Assembly: GCF_036365525.1 (NCBI RefSeq)
Contig: NC_090399.1
Location: 32,148,430-32,212,429 of the forward strand
Direction of reading: 5' to 3'
Source: Heterodontus francisci
Taxonomy: Eukaryota
DNA length: 64,000 nucleotides
Below, in pieces: positions 21,134 through 35,628 of this stretch. Below the pieces are notes generated by a model that was given only the letters and a program-made list of their open reading frames with translations, did no database searches and was not told the DNA's origin. Each line of letters starts with the position of its first letter. Position 1 is the stretch's first letter. Position numbers and translations under genes: made by a program.

Positions 21134-24100
21134 TGTTACGACCAGGTGAGAAAGGTGTCTCGGGTGTTTTACCGTCTTCACCTGGTCTTATTGTAACAGC
21201 GTTTAATTTTAAACACACTGTATTTTTAGTTCCACCTTGGTGAATCCTTGTTCACCACTTTCCAATTATAAGGCAGAGAAATGAGCACAACAGGTTTTCT
21301 TAGGTTGAAAGAAGAAAAGTGAAATTTATTAAACCTTAAACTTAAACCCCAATTCAGTTAACACCTATTGATACATGCTACACCCCATGCTCGCATGCAG
21401 ACACGATATGCACATGCAAATAGAGACAGAAAAGAGAAGAAAAATAAAATGAAGACATTTGAGACAATCTCTGAAGAGGGTTTCTTTTAACTGTGCTTCG
21501 AGCTCACTGTAGAGTCCTTGATTATGGGTAGTATTGCTTTTCGTTGGGGCCCAGTATTCTTCTTAAACCTTGTTCACTGTAGGAGAATATTCTCTCTTGG
21601 GGTTCGTACGTCTTCAATAGCTTCCGAAGCTGGTGACAGCGAGATGAGAGCAGACAGGAGAGAAGTCTTTTCCAGTCCAGGAGTGAACAGCTTTCTGAGT
21701 TTCTTTCTCTCAGCAAGTTCAAATTCAAACAGCCAGTTAGTCATGTGACGAAACTGACCTGACCAGGTCTTCTGTGTATTGGAGAAGGAGGGACTGGGTC
21801 CTTTGTTCCAACACTGCTAGCATGCAAATGTCTTTCCAGTCAGGGGCTTGGCAATTCCTTGTGATAGGCCCTCTTTTCTTCCCAGCTACAATTTTAAATT
21901 TTAATGTTCATGCGGCGAAGTAATGTGTGCCTCAGTCTTGGCAGTTGGGGGCCTGCATGACACCTCCACCCCCAGGGGAATGAATTGCAATTTGAAAAAC
22001 AATGGCGCATTTTATTACAAGGTTTGAGAGAAATATGAGATGCAGAAAGAACGACCAGGCATTTCCCTCATTCATTTCCATTAATTCATCAATCTTAAAG
22101 CTTATTAAAAATGGTCTTTTCTGGGTGGCAGTGATACTTTAACTTCCCCATTTTTTTCTCGGGAGAGTTAGTAGTGAGCGGGTCTATCCTGAACTCTCTG
22201 AGTCATGCAAAGACTCCTAACACCGGTACAGGACTTAGGGGTGCACGTTTCACTGTAGGTTGGGGTTTCACCTAAACCTGGCACATATGGCAACTCCTGC
22301 AGTACTCCACCACATCTATGTGGAGTTTTGGCCAGTCAAACTGCTGTCTTATGCGGGCTTTGGTCTTTTGTATACCGGCATGTACAGCCACTGTAGTCTT
22401 GTGGTCCCTTCTTAATATTTCTCCATGGTACCTCTGTGGCACCACTAACTGGTGAACTACTGTCCACTGCTTGCCCTCAGGTCTGTGTGGAGAACTCCAT
22501 TTCCTTATCATTACCTCATTCTTTAAATTGTAAAAATCAGGGACTCCCTCTGCTTCACTTTCAGGTTGGGCAGCCAGTGCTAACTCTCGCAATATTGGGT
22601 TAGCACGCTGAGCCTCAGTTAGGGAAGTCCATTTAATTCATTCCCTGGTTATCCTCACTTTCCAAAGAAAGTCTCAGACAGACCTCATGGTCATTTGCCT
22701 GCAGTGCCAACACAATCTCCTTTGGGGGAGCTGGTTTGATGATGGCCTGATCCACTACACATTCAGCGACACTGCAGGAGACCATCTCCTGCCACTGCCC
22801 TGTCTCTCTGACCTCCTGCAGACTTTCTCTCATCACTGGGGGTGCCACCCACCTTCACCCCTGCCAGATCATTACCTAAGAGCAGGTCAACCCTGTCCAC
22901 AGGCAAACTAGGGACAATCCCTCTGGTCACCGGTCCCAAAACTAGGTCACACTCCAGGTGCAGGCATAGACTGCCCTCCAATACCATTCATCACCATTTT
23001 GGTGTTCACTGTACTCTCTGGAGAAAGGACAGGCCTTTTCCCAGTAAAAGGGATCTGGGACCCCAGGCCTTTTCCCAGTAAAAGGGATCTGGGACCCCTG
23101 TGTCCCTAAGAATCACTATGGGCTTGCTTGCCCCACTCGAGGGGTGTGAGGTTACCTTCCCTTCAAACGTAAAACCTTGATAAGCTTCAGGAATCCTATC
23201 AACTTTTCCTGCACTAGCCATAATAAGCTTCCTGGGTTGCACTCTTACTTCAGCTAAAGCCACAGCTTGTTCTGTGTTTTTGTCAGGGTCCTGTCTTCAC
23301 TGAGCTGGTATGCCCTGATTAACCATACAGGTTTCCCCTTTAGTTTCCAGCAGTCAGCTTTTAAATGCCCTGCCTTATTACAATGGAAGCACACAGGTCT
23401 CCAGATCTTACTCTTGCTCACAGCACCTTCCTTTTTGGCTAGAGGAGGGCCCACTGTGTCTCCTGCTTTTCTTTCTCACCCAGGACCGCCTGGGCGGATG
23501 TCACCTTCCCACCCTTTGTCCTTTTTGGATTTGTAGGGGTGATCAGGAAAGGTTCTCACCTGGGAAACTGACATAAATTAAAGCAAACTCATCGGCCAGA
23601 ATGGCCATTTGCTGGGCTCCCTGAACCCGCTGCTCCTCTGCATGGGTCGTTATTGAGAGTGGGAGAGAGTTTTTAAATTACTCTAACAGGATTCCTTCTC
23701 TGAGAGTCTCATAGCTGAGCTGTATTTTTAAAGCCCTCAGCCACTGGTCAAAAGCCAGCTGCTTACTTCTTTCAAAGTCCAGATAAGTTTGATTGGCTTG
23801 CTTTTTAAGGGTTTTAAACTTTTGACAGTAGGTTTTGAGTACTAATTAATATGCCCTGAGGAGAGTATTTTTGGTCAGTTCATAATTTGATGAACTCTCA
23901 TCTGGCAATAAGGAATAAACCTCATGGGCTTTTCCAATTTGGTTGCTTTGTATTAAAAGAGACCAGGTCTCAGCTGGCCATTTTAGCTGCTTTGCCAGTT
24001 TCTCAAAAGACACAAAAACATCGCTTCCACATCTTCCTCATTGGATTTTGGAATTAGTTGGGTGAGTTTTAGTAATCTTGTACCCAGCCTGAACTATGCT

Positions 24101-25640
24101 CCTCCATATTGGCCATGCTTTCAGTGGGGTTACTCTGTTGCCCCATAGTTAACTCAAGCCACTTCAACTCTCTTTCTTCGCATTCTTTCCGGAATATTCT
24201 TTCTCTCTCTTTCTCTCTCTCTCGCTCCACTCTCTCTATTTCTTCACGTTCCTTCTGGAAGGCTGGCTCTCTTTCTCCCTCTCCTGCCTCTTTCTCTCTC
24301 TTTTTCCTGTTTCTCCCTTTCTCTTTCCCTTTCCCTGTCTTCTAACTCAATTCTATTTTGTTCCAGTTGTATTTTTGCTAGCAGTACCCTGTCAGGGTCT
24401 ACTTCTAACACTGCTTCGGCCTCTTCAGATTCAAGGGAAAAATGGTTGGCCCCCTAGCCTTAGGAGTTCAGACTTCCGAGCCTTGCCACATACAGTGATC
24501 CCACACTGTTCAGCCATTTTCCTCAACTCCTCATGACAGCGCTTTTAACTTATCCCAAGTTACTTCACCCTGGCTTGGAGAATTACTCGCTTCAGTTGCA
24601 GACATGCTAGTTTTCAATCACACACAACCACAAGAAAACCTGTATTGAAATTTGCTCTTTTTGACTGGGAACAATTTGGTTTCCCACTTCCAATTTCACT
24701 CCTCTGTCTTTGGGTGAAATTCCGGATGCTAGCACCCAAATTTCTGTTATGACCAGGTGAGAAAGGTGTCTAGGGGTTTGTTATCTTCACCTGGTCTTAT
24801 TGTAACAGGGTTTGATTTTAACCACACTGTGTTTTGAGCTCCCCCTTCGTAAATCCTTGTTCACACTTTCCAATTATAAGGCAAAGCAATGAGCACACCA
24901 GGTTTTCTTTAGGTTTAAAGAAGAAAAGTGAAATTTATTAAAACAAACTCAAATATCTAATTTGGTTAATGCCTACTCTAGCATGCATATGCGATACCCA
25001 CATGCAAATAGAGACAGAAAAGAACAGAGGAAAAGATAAGTAGAACAGTTTGAGGCAATATCTTGTTACTGTGTTTCAAGCTCGTTGTTGTCCTTGATTG
25101 AAGATATCGTCTTGTGCTTCACTGGGGCGCAGTATTCTTCTTAAATCTTGTTCACTATAGGAGACTTTTCGTTCCTGGGATTCATATGTCTTCAATGGTT
25201 TCCGAAGCTGGTCAGAGCGAAATGAGAGCAAGCAGGAGAGAGGTATTTTCCAGTCCAGGAGCGAACAGCCTTCCGAGTTCAAAATCCCTGTTGGAAGTAC
25301 AAATTCAAAAAAACTCCAGCAGTCAGACAGTCATGTGACCAAACTGGTACAACCACCTCTATTTGTGTATTCAGCCATTTTAGCAGTTAACCTGGAATGC
25401 TAACCTTTCCACCTTCAATGTCTGGTCATCAAAAGTCCATTGAAGATTAAATTGGAGCAGGGAATAGCTCCTTTGTCCTTTGAAGTACTTGTCTGTTGAT
25501 ATGCTAATACCTCTCTCCAGCCAAAGTCTCCAATTGTTTTTTAAATCAAGTTCTTTCTTCACCAACAATAGTTTAAAATCAATGTTCGTGTGGCGGAATT
25601 AATTTTTCTCATTCTTGGCAGGTGGGGGGCTTGCCTGACA
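21134..25640 (-). mobile_element. Gmr1-type Ty3/Gypsy LTR retrotransposon, internally deleted (SCAN-type gag, protease, integrase zinc finger)
   Basis: LTRs at 21134-21962 and 24745-25640 (TGTTA...TGACA), TSD gtat/ctat, and a PPT beside 21963. Gag reads PKFNEEDVE...LKWPAETWSLL...GKAHEVYS...AFDQWL...ILLE*FKNSLP, with knuckle CFHCNKAGHLKADC. Protease ILRDTG is followed directly by the HHCC integrase domain (H..HAGIQKT...CRSCHMCQ). No RT. Confidence 0.88.
24720..24738 (-). promoter_or_regulatory. Primer-binding site, tRNA-Pro-like (decayed)
   Basis: TGGGTGCTAGCATCCGGAA lies just inside the 5' LTR and resembles the canonical Pro PBS TGGGGGCTCGTCCGGGAT. Confidence 0.6.
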
Positions 25641-28044
25641 CTATGTAGGTGCATATGCTTCAAACACAGATGAAGCATGATTTAAAAGATTCTCTCGCTC
25701 TCTCTTCACCTGTGTCCATCTTGTGGATAATTCTTGCCAAGTATTATTTCCCCCAGCCCTATATTTTCTTAATCTAGATTCTATGACCCTCTGGCAGATA
25801 CAAGTATATTTAAATCTATCCTATTTGTTTTAAAATTAGTTTCTCTATGTAATTTGTGCCAATGCCTTGATGATTTAAAAATATGTCTCTCTCTGTTGGC
25901 CACAATACCCACTTTACGTTCTGTTGTCAATACGTTGAGCATGTCTGAAACCCGTTCTTCAGTGCAAATTCACCATGCATTTCCGGATGCTAGTTGCTTC
26001 ACATGTGAAATCACATTTGCACACTCACACTGGTATTCCAATTTCATGCTACATGTGGCATCCAATAGAAGCCACTCTTGGACTTTCAAGCAACTTTATC
26101 AAAAGATTGGAGGGGTGTCTATCTCAAGATCTTTGCTTATCTCTCCCTGCATGGTGCCAATGCCTTGGGTAGTGATCAGACTTTCAAATACATTTTCTTT
26201 AAAAAGTTCATAAGCAAGGGTGCAAACATCTCCAAGAGAAACCGAGCATTTCTTTTGTCTCATCTTCCTGACTTTCCCTAGAATGTTTTGGACTTAGAAA
26301 TCAGAGAATACCTAAAAAGTTTACAAAACAGAAGGAGGCCATTCAGTCCATCATGTCTGTCAATGAAGAGCTACCCAGCCTAATATCACCTTCCTGCACG
26401 AGGTCCGTAGCCCTGCCATTCATGGCTCTTCACGTAGACATCTAAGTACTTTTTAAGACCTCTTGGAAAATCTGTACTATATTAATATAACGGTTTGAAT
26501 TCTGATTCTGCCAACATTGTGCTGACCCTTTTCCCAAAATTCCTTTAAGCGCTTATACCATGAGACTGGCCTTATCCACAATGCCACACGAGGGACTGTG
26601 TGGTTCAAACACACCCACCCTCCTATAGTTTCATACCATCACCTGGCTCCCCAAACCTTTCGCTGGATTGCATCCAGGTGATTTTTTTCAATTCCTTTTC
26701 GGAGGTGTGATTTTTCTGTCTCTCTTTTCTATCCTAAGTGGGGCCTCCCATTAGTTACCATTCGATCTTGTTCAGGAGCACTGGAGAAACTTTACTGTCC
26801 AAAACAATATTCCCATAATATCTTTGAAACAAAAATCAAACATTCTCACGGGATTCCAGGCATTAACTTTTTTGTTTGTCTGTCCTTTATTTTAAGTGAC
26901 CTCTTATTTCTCAAAAGTAACCCCAATATATTGTGCCTGACATTTATCATTTCAAAATCACCCCAAAGACAAATAACAACAGTGACAGCTTTTGTCAATG
27001 TTCAATTTTATTTCTCCCCAAAATGAACTTTTTATTTCTTGATTTTCAGGAACCACATGGACTGTTTCCCATCAGTTTATTTTTGATGAAAGTTTGATAT
27101 CCCCTTAAATTTCAGGTAAATTTTCCCTTCTTGAATGCTGGAAATAGCAACTTATATCAATTTATTTCACCAATTTCACTCACAGAAACAGTGATGCCCT
27201 GACTTGGTGGTTTTACATGGTATCTTTACATTAAGGACAAAAGTTTTTGGAATTTGAAGGTAACTTCTATATCTCCCCTTCTCCAGCACATTGTCGCCAA
27301 TGATAACGAAAAACATTAAATAGGTTAAAGCCAAGTCTTTGAAAGGCAAAGCCTTTAGTTCAAATCATCACCATGCTTTGGCATTTAATGTCTGCAGATA
27401 AATTCTTAAATTCTTACTGCAGCAAGAGATCTTGCAGCTTTACCACTATTCATGTGGATCTGGAAACCATAGTCACATGATAAAAAGAAAAACAATCTAT
27501 TGCCCTTCTGTCTCAGAGCCCAATGGGTTAATTTGACCAAACATACCTATCAATTTAGAAACTTAAACTTCAATGATGCCCAATATATATAAATTTAAAT
27601 CCAGCAATACAGAAGTTATTGTGTGGGGAATTTAAAAAAAAGTACAGCTGTCAGCAGAGAGGGTTAACGTCTCCGCTTGTTTACAGGAAGGCAGAGCAAA
27701 ACTTCCCAGCTGCACGCAATTTTTTTCACTTTGCGTAATTATTTTTTCTGATCGAAGAACAGCCAAACATCATTTTAAAGTGTTTTCACAAGTCTTGGGA
27801 CCTTTTCAAACTTGCACAAATTTTTTGTCTTAGGAATTCAAAAAACAAACATAATTAGTAACGTTACAAACGCTGAAGGAAAACATTCTCATCAGGGAAG
27901 ACAGCATTTTAGACTAAACTCCAAATGTTTCCAAACTTACTAACTTTTTTTTATGTTAAAAAGATTTCCAACCCAAGATTTTTGGTGCAACCAAGATAAT
28001 TAAACAACCAGAACCACCTCAAATGTCCCAAATTCCAATTCAAA

Positions 28045-30507
28045 TAGAAACATGGAAAATCGGAGCAGGAGTAGGCCATTCTGCCCTTCGAGCCTGCTCC
28101 GCCATTCATTATGATCATGGCTGATCATCCAACTCAGTAACCTGTTCCCGCTTTCATCCCATATCATTTGATTCCTTCAGACCCAAGAGCTATATCTAAC
28201 TGCTTCTTGAAAACATACAATGTTTTGGCCTCAACTGCTTTCTGTGGTAATGAATTCCACAGGCTCACCACTCTCTGGGTGAAGAAATTTCTCCTCATCT
28301 CAGTCCTGAAAGGTTTACCCCGTATCCTTAGACGATGTCCCCTGGTTCTGGACTCCCCCACCATCAGGAACATCCTTCCTACATCTACCCTGTCAAGTCC
28401 TGTTAGAGTTTTATAGGTTTCTATGAGATCCCCTCTCACTCTTCTGAGTTCCAGCAAATATAAGCCCAACCGACTCAATCTCTCCTCATACGTCAGTCCC
28501 GCCATCCCAGGAATCAGTCTGGTAAACCTTCGCTGCACTCCCTCTAAAGCAGGAACATCCTTCCTCAGATAATGAGACCAGAACTGCATGCAATATTCCA
28601 GGTGTGGTCTCACCAAGGCCCTGTATAATTGCAGCAAGACATCCTCTCGCTATGAAGGCCAACGTACCATTTGCCTTTTTTACCACCTGTTGCACCTGCA
28701 TGCTTACCTTCAGTGACTGGTGTACGAGAACACCCAGATCTCACTGCACATTCCCCTCTCTCAGTTTATAGCCATTCAGATAATAACCTGCCTTCCTGTT
28801 TTTGCTACCAAAGTGGATAACCTCACATTTATCCACATTATACTGCATCTGCCATGCATTAGCCCACTCACTCAACTTGTCCAAATCACCCTGATGCCTC
28901 TCTGCATCCTCCTCACAACTCACCCTCCCAACCAGTTTTGTGTCATCTGCAAATCTGGAGATATATTTAGTTCCCTCATCTAAATCATTAATGTATATTG
29001 TAAATAGCTGGGGTCCTAGCACCGATCCCTGCCGTACCCCACTAGTCATTGCCTCCCATTCGGAAAAAGACCCATTTATCCCTACTCTTTATTTCCTGCC
29101 CGATTCTACCACTGTTCTCTAAGTGCTCTGCTATAAAATCTTTGATAATGGACTCCAGAGCTTTCCCCACTACCGATGTCAGGCTGACTGGTCTATAGAA
29201 CATAGAACATAGAACAGGACAGCACAGTACAGGCCCTTCAACCCACGATGTTGTACCGAACCTTTAACCTACTCTAAGATCAAACTAACTACCTACCCTT
29301 CATTCTACTATCATCCATGTACCTATCCAAGAGTCACTTAAATGCCCCTAATGTATCTGCTTCTACTACCACCGCTGGCAGCGCATTCCACGCACCCACC
29401 ACTCTCTGTGTAAAGAACCTACCTCTGACATCTCCCCGAAGCCTTCCTCCAATCACCTTAAAATTATGCCCCCTGGTGATAGCCCTTTCCACCCTGGGAA
29501 AAAGTCTCTGGCTATCCACTCTATCTATGCCTCTCATCATCTTGTTCACCTCTATCAAGTCACCTCTCATCCTTCTTCGCTCCAATGAGAAAAGCCCTAG
29601 CTCCCTCAATCTTTCTTCGTAGGACATGCCCTCCAGTCCAGGCAGCATCCTGGTAAATCTCCTCAGCACCCTCTCTAAAGCTTCCACATCCTTCCTGTAA
29701 TGAGGCGACCAGAACTGAACACAATATTCCAAGTGTGGTCGAACCAGAGCCTTATAGAGCTGCAGCATAACCTCGCGGCTCTTAAACTCAATCCCCCTGC
29801 TAATGAAAGCCAACACACCATACGCCTTCTTAACAACCCTATCAACTTGGGTGGCAACTTTGAGCGATCTATGGACATGGACCCCAAGATCCCTCTGTTC
29901 CTCCACACTACCAAGAATCCTGTTTTTAAGCCTGTATTCCGCATTCAAATTCGACCTTCCAAAATGAATCACTTCACACTTTTCCAGGTTGAACTCCATC
30001 TGCCACTTCTCAGCCCAGCTCTGGATCCTGTCAATGTCCCGTTGCAACCTACAACAGCCTTCCACACTATCCACAACTCCAGCAACCTTCGTGCCATCGG
30101 CAAACTTGCTAACCCAGCCTTCCACTTCCTCATCCAAGTCATTTATAAAAATCACAAAGAGCAGAGGTCCTAGAACAGATCCTTGTGGAACAACACTGGT
30201 CACCGAGCTCCATGCTGTTCTCTCTGCTTTCTCTCTACCTCCCTTTTTAAATCGTGGGGTTACATTAGCTACCCTCCAATCTGTAGGAACTGTTCCAGAG
30301 TCTATAGAATCTTGGAAGATGACCACCAATGCATCCACTATTTCTAGGGACACTTCCTTAAGTACTCTGGGATGCATACCATCAGGCCCTGGGGATTTAT
30401 CGGCCTTCAATCCCATCAATTTCCCCAACACCATTTCTCTACTAATACTGATTTCCTTCAGTTCCTCTCTCTTACTAAGCCCTGTGTTCTCCAACATTTC
30501 TGGTATG
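28045..30507 (-). mobile_element. CR1 LINE with a second CR1 3' fragment nested at 29197-30218
   Basis: Outer copy: ORFs 28164..28637 and 28741..29049 plus segment 30218-30507, same subfamily as 17812-19362. The inner copy has its own tail, (atagaac)n on the + strand at 29195-29215. Confidence 0.9.
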
Positions 30508-31510
30508 AAATTCAAAACTGCCAATTATGTATGAGCCTCCTGTCTGGAGCTAAAGACTCCCACATAACCAGAATTTCACTGTGGCTGCAATGAAAGTTGG
30601 GTTTTCCCAATCGAACATGTTAGTTTACCTTAATAATTCAGTTTTAATTTAGACCAATACTTAATACCTAAACACAGAACAGAACAGCAATGTTTCAAAA
30701 ATAAAAGGTAAATTCTGTCATTTCTCTGTTGTCTTCTCAGGTGTCTTTCCAAACGCTTGTAAGAAAAGGAAAGAAAAAGTTTGCTTTCACAGTTAAAAAA
30801 ACCTTCAAGATTCTTACACTAAAGGGTTAAAAAGAGCAGAGCTTCCCACCATTTGTGGGCTCCAAGCATTCTTAACAACATTTTAAAGAGACAATGTTGC
30901 AACCTTGCAGTCTTTAACAGTACAAAAATGGACAGAATCTTTACCTACTACATTTCCGCTTTTTCTTCTATTCTAGATTAATTTATCCTTTTTCTTCTCA
31001 AACCAATTGTCAATTTCCAACATTTGCTACTTTTTAAAATTCATTCATGGGATGTGGGCCATGCAGGCTGGGCCAGCATTGATTGCCCATCCCTAATTGC
31101 CCTTGAGAAGGTGGTGGTGAGCTGCCTTCTTGAACAGCTGCAGTCCATTTGAGATAGGGATACCCACAGTGCTGTTAGGAAGGGAGTTTCAGGATTTTGA
31201 CCCAGCGACTGTGAAGGAACGGTGATATAGTTCCATGTCAGGATGGTGTGTGGCTTGGAGAGGAACATGCAGGTTGTGGTGTTCCCATGCATTTGCTGCC
31301 CTTGTCCTTCTAGGTGGTAGAGGTTGTGGATTTGGAAGGTGCTGTCTAAGGAGCCTTGGTGCATTGCTGCAGTGCATCTTGTAGATGGTTCACACTGCTG
31401 TCACTGTGCGTCGGTGGTGAAGGGAGTGAACGTTTGTGAGTGGGCTAGAATTGCCAATCAAGCGGGCTGCTTTGTCCTGGATGGTGTCGAGCGTCTTGAG
31501 TGTTGTTGGG

Positions 31511-34500
31511 CGATAGGCCTACTACCCGACCCGAACCTGATGGGACTGGAAGACATGTGTCGGTTTCAAAGAACAAAGAACAAAGAAAATTACAGCACAG
31601 GAACAGGCCCTTCGGCCCTCCAAGCCTGCGCCGATCCAGATCCTCTATCTAAACATGACGCCGATTTTCTAAGGGTCTGTATCTCTTTACTTCCTGCCCA
31701 TTCATGTATCTGTCTAGATACATCTTAAAAGACGCTATCGTGCCCGTGTCTACCACCTCCGCTGGCAACGCGTTCCAGGCACCCACCACCCTCTGCGTAA
31801 AGAACTTTGCACGCCTATCCCCCCTAAACTTTTCCCCTTTCACTTTGAACTCATGACCCCTAGTCATTGAATCCCCCACTCTGGGAAAAAGCTTCTTGCT
31901 ATCCACCCTGTCGATACCTCTCATGATTTTGTACACCTCAATCAGGTCCCCCCTCAACCTCCGTCTTTCTAATGAAAATAATCCTAATCTACTCAACCTC
32001 TCTTCATAGCTAGCGCCCTCCATACCAGGCAACATCCTGGTGAACCTCCTCTGCACCCTCTCCAAAGCATCCACATCCTTTTGGTAATGTGGCGACCAGA
32101 ACTGCACGCAGTATTCCAAATGTGGCCGAACCAAAGTCCTATACAACTGTAACATGACCTGCCAACACTTGTACTCAATCCCCCGTCCGATGAAGGAAAG
32201 CATGCCATATGCCTTCTTGACAACTCTATTGACATGCGTTGCCACCTTCAGGGAACAACGGACCTGAACACCCAAATCGCTCTGTACATCAATTTTCCCC
32301 AGGACTTTTCCACTTACAGTATAGTTCACTCTTGAATTGGATCTTCCAAAATGCATCACCTCGCATTTGCCCTGATTGAGCTCCATCTGCCATTTCTCTG
32401 CCCAACTCTCCAGTCCATCTATATTCTGCTGTATTCTCTGACAGTCCCCTTCACTATCTGCTACTCCACCAATCTTAGTGTCCTCTGCAAACTTGCTAAT
32501 CAGACCACCTATACTTTCCTCCAAATCATTTATGTATATCACAAACAACAGTGGTCCCAGCACAGATCCCTGTGGAACACCACTGGTCACACGTCTCCAT
32601 TTTGAGAAACTCCCTTCCACTGCTACTCTCTGTCTCCTGTTGCCCAGCCAGTTCTTTATCCATCTAGCTAGTACACCTTGGACACCATGCGCCTTCACTT
32701 TCTCCATCAGCCTACCATGGGGAACCTTATCAAACGCCTTACTGAAGTCCATGTATATGACATCTACAGCCCTTCCCTCATCAATCAACTTTGTCACTTC
32801 CTCAAAGAATTCTATTAAGTTGGCACAAAACCATGTTGCCTATCACTGACAAGCCCATTTTCTTCCAAATGGGAATAGATCCTATCCCTCAGTAACTTCT
32901 CCAGCAGCTTCCCTACCACTGACGTCAGGCTCACCGGTCCATAATTACCTGGATTATCCCTGCTACCCTTCTTAAACAAGGGGACAACATTAGCAATTCT
33001 CCAGTCCTCTGGGACCTCACCCGTGTTTAAGGATGCTGCAAAGATATCTGTTAAGGCCCCAACTATTTCCTCTCTCGCTTCCCACAGTAACCTGGGATAG
33101 ATCCCATCCGGACCTGGGGACTTGTCCACCTTAATGCCTTTTAGAATACCCAACACTTCCTCCCTCCTTCTGCCGACTTGACCAAGAGTAATCAAACATC
33201 TGTTCCTAACCTCAACATCCGTCATGTCCCTCTCCTCGGTGAATACCGATGCAAAGTACTCGTTTAGAATCTCAACCATTTTCTCTGACTCCACGCATAA
33301 CTTTCCTCCTTTGTCCTTGAGTGGGCCAATCCTTTCTCTAGTTACCCTCTTGCTCCTTATATATGAATAAAAGGCTTTGGGATTTTCCTTAACCCTGTTT
33401 GCTAAAGATATTTCATGACCCCTTTTAGCCCTCTTAATTCCTCGTTTCAGATTGGTCCTACATTCCCGATATTCTTTCAAAGCTTCATCTTTCTTCAGCC
33501 ACCTAGACCTTATGTATGCTTCCTTTTTCCTCTTAGCTGGTCTCACAATTTCACCTGTCATCCATGGTTCCCTAATCTTGCCATTTCTATCCCTCATTTT
33601 CACAGGAACATGTCTCTCCTGCACGCTCATCAACCTCTCTTTGAAAGCCTCCCACATATCACATGTGGATTTACCTTCAAACAGCTGCTCCCAATCTACA
33701 TTCCCCAGCTCCTGCCGAATTTTGGTATAGTTGGCCTTCCCCCAATTTAGCACTCTTCCTTTAGGACCACTCTCGTCTTTGTCCATGAGTATTTTAAAGC
33801 TTACGGAATTGTGATCACTATTCCCAAAGTAGTCCCCTACTGAAACTTCAACCACCTGGCCGGGCTCATTCCCCAACACCAGGTCCAGTATGGCCCCTTC
33901 CCGAGTTGGACTATTAACATACTGCTCTAGAAAACCCTCCTGGATGCTCCTTACAAATTCTGCTCCATCTAGACCTCTAACACTAAGTGAATCCCAGTCA
34001 ATGTTGGGAAAATTAAAATCTCCTACTACCACCACCCTGTTGCTCCTACATCTTTCCATAATCTGTTTACATATTTGTACCTCTATCTCACGCTCGCTGT
34101 TGGGACGCCTGTAGTACAGCCCCAACATTGTTACCGTACCCTTCCTATTTCTGAGTTCGGCCCATATTGCCTCACTGCTCGAGTCCTCCATAGTGCCCTC
34201 CTTCAGCACAGCTGTGATATCCTCTTTGACCAGTAATGCAACTCCTCCACCCCTTTTACCTCCCTCTATCCTGCCTGAAGCATCGATATCCTGGGATATT
34301 TAGTTGCCAATCATGCCCTTCCCTCAACCAAGTCTCAGTAATAGCAATAACATCATACTCCCAGGTACTAATCCAAGCCCTAAGTTCATCTGCCTTACCT
34401 ACTACACTTCTTGCATTAAAACAAATGCACCTCAGACCACCAGTCCCTTTGCGTTCATCATCTGCTCCCTGCCTACTCTTTCCCTTAGTCACGCTGACTT

Positions 34501-35628
34501 CATTATCTAGCTCCTTTCAGGCTTTCGTTACTACCTCCTTACTATCCACTGACCTCATTTGGTTCCCATCCCCCTGCCACATTAGTTTAAACCCTCCCCA
34601 ACAGCGTTAGCAAAAGCACTCCCAAGGACATTGGTTCCAGTCCGGCCCAGGTGTAGACCGTCCAATTTGTAATAGTCCCACCTCCCCCAGAACCGGTCCC
34701 AATGTCCCAAAAATCTGAACCCCTCCTTCCTGCACCATCTCTCAAGCCACGCATTCATCCTGACTATTCTTTCATTTCTACTCTGACTATCACGTGGCAC
34801 TGGTAGCAATCCGGAGATTACTACCTCTGAGGTCCTACTTTTTAACTTGGCTCCTAACTCCCTAAACTCTGCTTGTTGGACCTTATCCCATTTTTTACCT
34901 ATATCATTGGTGCCTTTGTGCACAACGACAACTGGCTGTTAACCCTCCCCTTTCAGAATGTTCTGCAGCCGATCTGAGACATCCCTGACCCGTGCACCTG
35001 GGAGGCAACATACCATTCGGGAGTCTCGTTTTCGACCACAGAACCGCCTATCTACTCCCCTTACAATCGAATCCCCGATGACTATAGCCCTTCCACTCTT
35101 TCTCCCGCCCTTCCGAACAGCAGAGCCAGCCACGGTGCCATGAACCTGGCTAAAGCTGCCTTCCCCTGGTGAGCCATCTCCCTCAACAGTATCCAAAATG
35201 GTATACTTATTTTGGAGGGAGATGACTGCAGGGGACTCCTGCGCTGCCTTCCTGCTCTTTCTCTGCCTTTTGGTCAACCATTCCCTTTCTCCTTCAGCAA
35301 TCCTAATCTGCGGTGTGACCAATTCGCTAAATTCGGATCGGGTCGGGTCGCAGTTCCGGGTCCGGCATTCGGGCTCGGCTCGGGCCGGGCCAGTTCAGAC
35401 ATGCTCTATCACAACCTCAGGTAAGTGACTCTAATGCTAATTTACTTTCTGGATTTTAACGGTGGTTCTGTTACATATATTTTAAACTTGTGCAGATAAG
35501 GAACAAAGTGAAAAACAGATGGTAAGTTAACTGATGGATGGTTCGGGTCGGGTCGGGCACAGGGAAAAATGGAAGGACGCGGGCCGGTTAGGGCTCGGGT
35601 CTCATTTGCAGACCTGAGCAGGCCTTTA
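31511..35628. mobile_element. Non-autonomous hAT-like DNA element (arms 31511-31567 and 35333-35628) split by a CR1
   Basis: Imperfect TIRs gataggcct...aggccttta, subterminal acccga/tcgggt repeats, and an approximate 8-bp TSD gttgg(a)gc in the host LINE. Confidence 0.6.
31568..35332 (-). mobile_element. Young CR1 LINE, 5'-truncated within ORF1 (esterase ORF1 plus EN-RT ORF2, several frameshifts)
   Basis: ORFs 34939..35322 and 34582..34923 (IGDSIVRG, GTND, DGLHL SGNH esterase), then 34256..34492, 32815..34209 and 31649..32797. (ttctttg)n tail. Very similar to 49068-53318. Confidence 0.95.

Noticed and set aside
29334-30524. 396-aa ORF that looks like an intact RT gene
   Set aside because: It is a chance in-frame fusion of two different CR1 copies at about 30218 (KKGGREKAERT|AWSSVTS), and RT motifs are missing across the junction.
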